Shown here one piece after another: positions 58,214 through 64,000 of a stretch of DNA of 64,000 nucleotides; position 1 is the stretch's first letter, and each line of letters begins with the position of its first letter. The position numbers were made by a program, and so were the translations under genes. The stretch lies in NCBI GenBank assembly GCA_963808245.1, contig CAWEES010000002.1, forward strand, positions 706,252 through 770,251, written 5' to 3'. The notes beneath the pieces were generated by a model, which was not told the DNA's origin, did no database searches, and saw only the letters and a program-made list of their open reading frames with translations. Source of the DNA: an uncultured Bacteroidota bacterium (lineage in GTDB: Bacteria; Bacteroidota; Ignavibacteria; Kryptoniales; JAKASW01).

Positions 58214-60590
58214 CGTGTGAGCTCACCGTTGCGAGTGCGATTATTAAAGCAAGGACCCCTGAGGCAATGAAAATCCAAATACTCATGTCAGTTGTGTAAG
58301 CAAAATTTTGCATCCATTTGTTCATGACGTAGTAAGCCAGAGGCCACGCGAATAAGTTCGCAAGGAGTACCCACTTCGCGAATTGGGCAGACAAAAGCGA
58401 AATTACTTCGAGCACAGATGCACCCAGAACTTTTCTGATGCCAATCTCCTTTGTCCGTTGTTCCGTTATGAATGCAGCCAATCCCAGGAGGCCGAGAGAT
58501 GCAATGAATATCGCGAGGACAGAAAACGCACCCGCGATCTTGCTGGTCCTCTGATCCGCGATGTAGAGTTTTTGCAGGCTTTCATCGAGAAAGTTGAAAT
58601 CGAATTCTTCGTTCCCCGCATACTTCTTCCAGACCCCCTCGATAGAGGATATCGTGCTCAGATGATTACCCGGCGCGAAGCGAACGGTAACGAACGAGCC
58701 TGGAGAGCCACTCTCCGACTGGAGCCCGATAACAAGCGGTCGAATCGACTCATGAAGCGAGTGATAATTGAAATCTTTCACGACTCCCACCACTTCCAAT
58801 CTTCTCTGATCAGACATCTTCTCACCAGGCAACACGAGATATTTGCCGACTATATTCTTCACTCCGAAAGCCCTCTCAACTTCCTGGTTTACGACGACTG
58901 CTGCTGTATCGGATGGGTGTTCCTTTGAAAAGAATCTCCCCTCTGCCATCTGGAGTTTATATGTTTTTGCAAAATCGAAATCACTTCGCATCGTCTGTAA
59001 GTCTACAAGTTTGTCGACACCTGTTCCTTCGAGCCAGAATCCACTATCACTCCACTGGTTCCCGGGAATAGCACTCGAGTTGGAAACGCTTGTTATGTCT
59101 TTGTCCTCCTTCAATTCATGTATGAAGGACTGTAACTGGCCCGCTAATTCATCTGCTCGATAAATTACTACACTTTCTTCCTTGTCAAATCCCATATCTC
59201 TCGTCTGCACGTACTTAAGCTGATTATATATCACCAGGGTACCGATAAACAGAGCTATCGAAATCGCGAACTGGAAAACCACAAGGCCGTTCCTCAAGAA
59301 CGACTCTCTTCCACCTTTCCTTCTCTCCGACTTCAGCACGTCGATCGGACGGAAAGAGGAGAGGTAGAAAGCCGGATAACTTCCTGCAACAACTCCAACA
59401 ACGACCGCCAATCCGACAAGGATTGGAATCGATAATGGATTAGCGAAAAGATCAAGACTTAATTTCTTATTCGCGGTATCATTGAACAGAGGAAGGAGAA
59501 GCTCCACGATCCCGACGGCGAGTATTACGGCCGCAACGCTCATCAAGATTGATTCTGCTATAAATTGCCAGATAAGATGTGACCGCGGCGATCCAAGAGT
59601 TTTCCTTATTCCGACTTCCTTAGCGCGCTTCTGTGATCTGGCCGTTGCAAGGTTGACGAAGTTAATACAGGCAATCAACAATATCGCAATCGCAATTGCC
59701 GAGAAAACATAGACAGTCGAGATATTGCCGTTCTGTTCCAGCTCATAATCGAGATGCGAGTTGAGATGAATTGACGTGAGGGGCTGAAGCACGTATCCGA
59801 CCTTGTTGCCTGCCGCCAGGAATTGCTCTATCGATACGCCGGTAACGGCCTTCAGTTGCGGCCCGGCATGAGCGACGAGTTCCTCATTGAGCTTGCGTCC
59901 AAAGTCTGCCAGATCGGTTCCTTTCTTCAAAAGAAAATAAGTGTAATAATTATTGCTCAGCCAGTTTGGATTCCGGCTGTCTTCAACAGAAGTGAGCGAA
60001 GCGATAAAGTCAGGATGAAAATGCGAGTTCCGAGGAACATCCTTTATTACTCCCGTGATCATATAGTCGGTTCTCTTATCAACATTAAGAATTTTGCCAA
60101 GCGGATTTTCATCACCAAAGTACTTGCGCGCCGTTGACGCAGTGACCACCATCGTGTTTGGCTGATCAAGAGCAGTCTCGGGATTGCCCGCAATGAAAGG
60201 TAAAGTGAAGACGTCGAACAGGGTCGAGTCCGCCCAAAAAAATCCAGGCTCAACAAATGTTTTATTCTGGTATCTGATCGCAAATGGGCCTTCGTAATGC
60301 AACCGGGCATACGCGACCACTTCCGGTAAATCATGATAAATCGTGGCTCCCATGGGTGCCGGGCTCATCGCAGATTTAACATCGTGGCCATTGAACGTCG
60401 CAGAGATTGTTGGCCTGTAAATCTGATCAGCGTATTTATTGTATTTGTCGTAACTCAACTCATCCTGGACAAAAAGCATAATCGCGATGCAGCAAGCGAT
60501 GCCCACCGACAAGCCGGTAATATTTATGAACGAATAGACTTTGTAATTCTTGAGATTTCTAAATGCAACTCTTAAGTAATTCTTAATCAT
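58164..60590 (-). CDS. ABC transporter permease, fused double FtsX/MacB-type (paralog 1)
   Basis: 808 aa. MIKNYLRVAFRNL ... AIKAATANPIESLHYE. Confidence 0.9.
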   Translation of the reverse strand: MIKNYLRVAFRNLKNYKVYSFINITGLSVGIACCIAIMLFVQDELSYDKYNKYADQIYRPTISATFNGHDVKSAMSPAPMGATIYHDLPEVVAYARLHYEGPFAIRYQNKTFVEPGFFWADSTLFDVFTLPFIAGNPETALDQPNTMVVTASTARKYFGDENPLGKILNVDKRTDYMITGVIKDVPRNSHFHPDFIASLTSVEDSRNPNWLSNNYYTYFLLKKGTDLADFGRKLNEELVAHAGPQLKAVTGVSIEQFLAAGNKVGYVLQPLTSIHLNSHLDYELEQNGNISTVYVFSAIAIAILLIACINFVNLATARSQKRAKEVGIRKTLGSPRSHLIWQFIAESILMSVAAVILAVGIVELLLPLFNDTANKKLSLDLFANPLSIPILVGLAVVVGVVAGSYPAFYLSSFRPIDVLKSERRKGGRESFLRNGLVVFQFAISIALFIGTLVIYNQLKYVQTRDMGFDKEESVVIYRADELAGQLQSFIHELKEDKDITSVSNSSAIPGNQWSDSGFWLEGTGVDKLVDLQTMRSDFDFAKTYKLQMAEGRFFSKEHPSDTAAVVVNQEVERAFGVKNIVGKYLVLPGEKMSDQRRLEVVGVVKDFNYHSLHESIRPLVIGLQSESGSPGSFVTVRFAPGNHLSTISSIEGVWKKYAGNEEFDFNFLDESLQKLYIADQRTSKIAGAFSVLAIFIASLGLLGLAAFITEQRTKEIGIRKVLGASVLEVISLLSAQFAKWVLLANLFAWPLAYYVMNKWMQNFAYTTDMSIWIFIASGVLALIIALATVSSHAIKAATANPIESLHYE

Positions 60591-60678
60591 ACGGTTCTCC
60601 TTTTCAACGGCACAGCCCTAAGCGCGTTGCCCATACTATGCGGGTTTCCCCGCTTTGCTCGATGCCCTCTGTACTGTG

Positions 60679-61341
60679 TCACTTTTCGATCCATCCATCT
60701 TTCAATCTTATTATCCTATTTCCATACGCGGCATTCGTTTCGGAATGCGTAACCTGAATTATCGTTGTCCCTTGCTTATTCAATTCTTTCAGCAAATCCA
60801 TTATTGCCTTTCCCTGATCCGAATGAAGATTGCCGGTAGGTTCATCAGCAAGTATCAGTTTAGGCTCAGCAATGACCGCCCTGGCGATTGCCGCAAGCTG
60901 CTGCTGCCCACCGGAAAGCTGGTTAGGGAACAGATCTTTCTTCGCGACCATGTTAAATCTGTCGAGAGTTTCCGCGACTCTTCCCTTCCGTTCGTTAGCA
61001 TTTACTTTCTGGTAAAGAAGCGGCGTCTCAAGGTTCTCATAAACCGTCAGTTCGTCGATGAGATGATAGCTCTGAAAGACAAACCCGATATAAGTTTTGT
61101 GAAGCTCGGTCAATTTCTTCTCGTTCATTTTATGAACCGGCTCATTAAGGAAGTAATATTCGCCATTCGATGGCGCATCCAGCATCCCGATCATATTCAA
61201 CAGAGTCGTTTTCCCTGAACCGGACGGCCCCATGATGGAGATGAACTCACCTTGCTTAACTTCAAGGTTAATATTCCTGAGAACATAGGTTTTGATGACC
61301 TTGTTGGAGTAGTATTTCTCGATATTAGTCAACTTAATCAT
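60679..61341 (-). CDS. ABC transporter ATP-binding protein (MacB/LolD-type), variant D-loop
   Basis: 220 aa. Walker [11 protein letters not shown]-loop FQS, signature LSGGQQQ, Walker [14 protein letters not shown] (His where the D-loop Asp normally sits), H-loop VTHS. Confidence 0.92.
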   Translation of the reverse strand: MIKLTNIEKYYSNKVIKTYVLRNINLEVKQGEFISIMGPSGSGKTTLLNMIGMLDAPSNGEYYFLNEPVHKMNEKKLTELHKTYIGFVFQSYHLIDELTVYENLETPLLYQKVNANERKGRVAETLDRFNMVAKKDLFPNQLSGGQQQLAAIARAVIAEPKLILADEPTGNLHSDQGKAIMDLLKELNKQGTTIIQVTHSETNAAYGNRIIRLKDGWIEK

Positions 61342-61368
61342 TTTCTCTCCGGTTATGATGCAAAGCGC

Positions 61369-62058
61369 CTAAACGTGGAATTTCTCTTTATAATTTTCCG
61401 TCACGACGTGTCCGTCGAACAAGTGTATGATCCGATGCGCGAACTCGGAATCATGCGGCGAGTGGGTCACCATGATAATCGTGGTGCCACCTTCATTCAG
61501 TTGCGTCATAATGTTCATGACCTCTTCGCCATTTGCGGAGTCTAGGTTTCCTGTTGGCTCATCGGCGAGGATCAACGCTGGTTTCGCGACGACTGCCCGA
61601 CTGACAGCGACGCGCTGCTGCTGACCACCCGACAATTGTTGTGGGAAGTGATCTCTGCGGTGCATTATCTGCATTCGTTCAAGTACTTCACCAACCATCT
61701 TTTTCCTTTCCGTAGCCGAAACTCCGAGATAAAGCAGCGGCAATTCGACATTCTCGAACACAGTTAATTCGTCTATCAAATTGAAACTCTGGAAAACAAA
61801 ACCGATATTTGCCTTCCGAATGTTGGCGCGCTGCCTCTCAGTGTATTTCGAAACTTCTTCACCGAGAAAGTAATACTGCCCATCCGAGGGATTGTCAAGC
61901 ATGCCGATCAAGTTCAGCAACGTGGATTTCCCGCAGCCGGATGGACCCATTATCGCGACAAATTCTTTCTCTTTGATCTCGATGTTTACATTGTCCAGAG
62001 CAGTAGTTTCGACTTCTTCCGTGGTGTAAAGTTTTTTTAGGTTATTCGTCTTTATCAT
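61369..62058 (-). CDS. ABC transporter ATP-binding protein (MacB/LolD-type), canonical
   Basis: 229 aa. [33 protein letters not shown]. Confidence 0.92.
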   Translation of the reverse strand: MIKTNNLKKLYTTEEVETTALDNVNIEIKEKEFVAIMGPSGCGKSTLLNLIGMLDNPSDGQYYFLGEEVSKYTERQRANIRKANIGFVFQSFNLIDELTVFENVELPLLYLGVSATERKKMVGEVLERMQIMHRRDHFPQQLSGGQQQRVAVSRAVVAKPALILADEPTGNLDSANGEEVMNIMTQLNEGGTTIIMVTHSPHDSEFAHRIIHLFDGHVVTENYKEKFHV

Positions 62059-62076
62059 GGTTTCTCCTTTTGGCTA

Positions 62077-62102
62077 TCAGCTTTCAGCGGTCAGCATTCA
62101 GC
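62077..62102. repeat. Heptad array (TCAGCNN)x4 at the 3' edge of the four-helix-bundle cassette
   Basis: TCAGC at 62077, 62084, 62091 and 62098 (exact 7-nt period). Overlaps the last codons and stop of the CDS. Confidence 0.85.
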
Positions 62103-62443
62103 TTTTTAATTAAAGATGTGAGCATTTTCTTAACTTCAACTACTTTGTTTGAAAGATCATCATAGACATCATTACTGAGATACTTCAGGTCTTTTGCAAG
62201 CAACACCTGATATTCTAATTCACTTGACGAACCCATCGCGATTTGTGAAAACCTCGACAACTCCGCATCACTTCCCCTGCCACAACCTTCGGCAATATTC
62301 GATGGAGTAGAAATCGCTGCCCGCCTCATTTGATTTGTCAGTCCAAACATTTCCTCTTTTGGAAACGACTGCGTGTTCTTGTAAACACCCAACACAGCTT
62401 GATGAGCCTTGTTCCATACATCTAAGTTTCTAAAATCTTTCAC
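62084..62443 (-). CDS. Four-helix-bundle protein (23S rRNA intervening-sequence protein family)
   Basis: 119 aa. FRNLDVWNKAHQAVLGVYKNTQSFPKEEMFGLTNQMRRAAISTPSNIAEGCGRGSDAELSRFSQIAMGSSSELEYQVLLA matches the family consensus closely. Confidence 0.9.
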   Translation of the reverse strand: MKDFRNLDVWNKAHQAVLGVYKNTQSFPKEEMFGLTNQMRRAAISTPSNIAEGCGRGSDAELSRFSQIAMGSSSELEYQVLLAKDLKYLSNDVYDDLSNKVVEVKKMLTSLIKKLNADR

Positions 62444-62477
62444 TTAATAATCCTCCTTTAAAATTTCTGAGCCGACT

Positions 62478-62498
62478 GCTGATTGCTGAGTGCTGACA
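62478..62498. repeat. Heptad array (GCTGANN)x3 at the 5' edge of the four-helix-bundle cassette
   Basis: GCTGA at 62478, 62485 and 62492 (7-nt period). Inverted relative to the 62077-62102 array. Lies between the adaptor stop and the cassette start. Confidence 0.85.
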
Positions 62499-62499
62499 G

Positions 62500-63750
62500 C
62501 TATTTTATCACTAGTTCGTTTACGTCTCCAAAATTGTCGTACGATGAAGTGACGACTTTGTCTCCGGGCTTCAGTCCATTGAGAACTTCGAAGTAATCAG
62601 GATTTTGTCGACCAAGGCTGATGCTTTTCTTAGTCGCGATATTTCCCCCGTTATTGAGCAGGAACACCCACTGCCCACCCGTTTTCTGGTAAAATCCTCC
62701 TCGCGGCAGGAGGAGTGCTTTTGTTCTTTCACTCAATTGCAATCTTATCTGAAGCGTCTGACCTCTTCTGATTCCGTCAGGGACTTTACCGTCAAATTCC
62801 ATATCGACCTGAAACTTTCCGCTGGTAACTTCCGAATAGACCTTTGTCACTAATAGACTGTAGGTCTTCCCGTCAATATCTACCGATGCATGGAGTCCTC
62901 TAGCCACACGCGCAATGTAGAACTCGTCAATATCTGCTCTCACTTTAAACCCATCCAATGCATCTATCTGCCCGATTTGGTCACCGGGGTTTTTCGCCTG
63001 TCCCGTTTCTGCATTCAATGAAGTGAGCTGGCCATTTATTGGCGCCTTGATCGTGAGGTTATCGATATTCTCTCTTATCAGTTCCAGATTTTTTTGCAAC
63101 CGCTCAATCGAAGCCGCAATCTGCGTTAATTGAGTCAGCTTCAGGATTGAATCTGCCACGAAACTTTGGTAAGCCAATTTCTTTTGCTCGAGAGCGAGAT
63201 GATAGTTATTTTCCGCCTGTTCATAATCCTGCTGTGAAATCAAATTCTTCTCTCTCAGCGCTTTCTGACGATCGAAGATTTCTTTGGAATTGATGAGACC
63301 ATAGTTGGCAGATACAAGTGCGTTTTGGAGAGCGTTGCTGTTTTGCTCAATCTGTAATCTCGTATTCCTCGCGTCGTTAATCTGCTGGTATGCGAACGTT
63401 TCCTGCTGGAGTGTACTTAGCTGAACATTGGTATTGGATAGTTGTAGAATCTTGTCGCCTTTCTTGAGCATTGCACCTTCATCAACGAATTTCTTCTCAA
63501 CAGTGCCGCCTAGGATTGCATCGAGATAAAAAGTCGTGAGCGGCAGAACGGTTCCGGTTACCGGGATGAATTCCTGGAAGTCACCTTCTGCCACGGTTGA
63601 TATTGTAATTTTATCGGCTTCGACATTCAGTTTTGCACCGGTATCAGAAATAATTAAGATGACGAGGAACAAAAACATCGCGCCACCCCCGGCATAAGCC
63701 CAAAAACGACCTCGTTTGTAAAACACTTTTTTTTCAATTCTCTTATCCAA
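62500..63750 (-). CDS. Efflux transporter periplasmic adaptor (HlyD/MFP family)
   Basis: 416 aa. N-terminal TM anchor, long coiled-coil hairpin region, lipoyl/beta-barrel motifs (ISTVAEGDFQEFIPVTGTV, IKAPINGQLTSLN). The track start is a TTG; the next in-frame Met is residue 25. Confidence 0.88.
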   Translation of the reverse strand: MDKRIEKKVFYKRGRFWAYAGGGAMFLFLVILIISDTGAKLNVEADKITISTVAEGDFQEFIPVTGTVLPLTTFYLDAILGGTVEKKFVDEGAMLKKGDKILQLSNTNVQLSTLQQETFAYQQINDARNTRLQIEQNSNALQNALVSANYGLINSKEIFDRQKALREKNLISQQDYEQAENNYHLALEQKKLAYQSFVADSILKLTQLTQIAASIERLQKNLELIRENIDNLTIKAPINGQLTSLNAETGQAKNPGDQIGQIDALDGFKVRADIDEFYIARVARGLHASVDIDGKTYSLLVTKVYSEVTSGKFQVDMEFDGKVPDGIRRGQTLQIRLQLSERTKALLLPRGGFYQKTGGQWVFLLNNGGNIATKKSISLGRQNPDYFEVLNGLKPGDKVVTSSYDNFGDVNELVIK

Positions 63751-63910
63751 TGGTTTTCCTTTGAGTCATCTTGTTAATTTCGATGTAGAATAATCTCTCA
63801 CGACTAAGATTGTGCAATCGGTGTGCCCCGTCTCTCAACCCGGGATTAGTTTTGAATATGATTTTTCAAATCAAATTTGCTTATTTGCGTTTTTATTGCA
63901 AAGTTTAAGT

Positions 63911-63944
63911 GTCCGATAACGGACGGTTGTGTTCGGAAACGGAC
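63911..63944. promoter_or_regulatory. Two tandem palindromic operator-like sites upstream of the ABC operon
   Basis: GTCCGATAACGGAC (63911-63924; GTCCG-N4-CGGAC, perfect) and GTTCGGAAACGGAC (63931-63944; one mismatch). They are spaced 20 nt start to start, 160-195 nt upstream of the adaptor start. Confidence 0.35.
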
Positions 63945-64000
63945 GACAACTAAAGAAATGAGATGGAAAGCTTATCGCCTTCGAGTATTTCAAAGGAATG

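Noticed and set aside
1-64000. Mobile-element genes, CRISPR arrays, tRNA/rRNA genes and known defence systems.
   Set aside because: I saw no transposase, integrase or recombinase-like ORFs. There are no regularly spaced direct repeats with spacers. No tRNA-like T-arm/acceptor pattern appears in the intergenic gaps I read, and no defence-gene signatures. This was a visual scan only, not an exhaustive search.

Overview
This 64-kb bacterial window carries about 50 credible genes, all on the minus strand; every + strand ORF in the track looks like a shadow ORF. A T9SS C-terminal sorting domain, YXWGXW and lmo0937-type small proteins, and large FtsX/MacB permease paralogs ending in ESLRYE suggest an FCB-group organism (Ignavibacteria/Bacteroidota-like). 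That placement is inference only.

Gene content in transcription order (high to low coordinates):
- 63.7-43.0 kb: one long ABC efflux operon. It encodes a membrane-fusion adaptor, a four-helix-bundle (23S IVS-type) cassette, two different ATPases, seven tandem ~800-aa double-FtsX permease paralogs and a small unknown tail gene.
- 42.7-41.0 kb: a frameshifted B12-binding radical SAM gene, with a 10-nt homopolymer upstream.
- 40.9-29.3 kb: MgtA-type Mg2+ ATPase, an OmpA-family protein, a DUF3494 ice-binding protein with a T9SS tail, small membrane proteins, a YXWGXW protein, an RNB exoribonuclease, an OYE reductase and an NADP-dependent enone reductase.
- 28.7-10.4 kb: a stress and central-carbon block. 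It holds Zn-ADH, DUF4404, DUF2007, SPFH, M50-CBS protease, HAD, acetate kinase, PRC-barrel, phosphoketolase, HPF, class I aldolase, mannose-6-P isomerase, a PMM-like HAD-IIB protein, a GH130 phosphorylase, a P3A H+-ATPase and Nramp. Its core (about 11.9-21.9 kb) is visibly more GC-rich than the flanks.
- 10.0-0 kb: grpE plus a zinc-finger-less dnaJ/cbpA, a secreted/lipoprotein cluster with a C11-like peptidase, and kaiC-kaiB (no kaiA) followed by a LuxR-type response regulator and a GT39-like membrane protein.

Strongest unexplained signals:
- A conserved hairpin-plus-promoter-like module with an invariant GGATGAAA core heads at least 7 transcription units and shows compensatory stem changes.
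- The seven-permease array shares one adaptor and one ATPase pair.
- 124-bp direct repeats, with reciprocal grpE/dnaJ/oxidoreductase remnants, bracket the 19-kb segment that contains the GC-rich island.
- The four-helix-bundle cassette is bracketed by inverted heptad repeat arrays.

I recognised no rRNA, tRNA, CRISPR array, transposase or integrase by eye.
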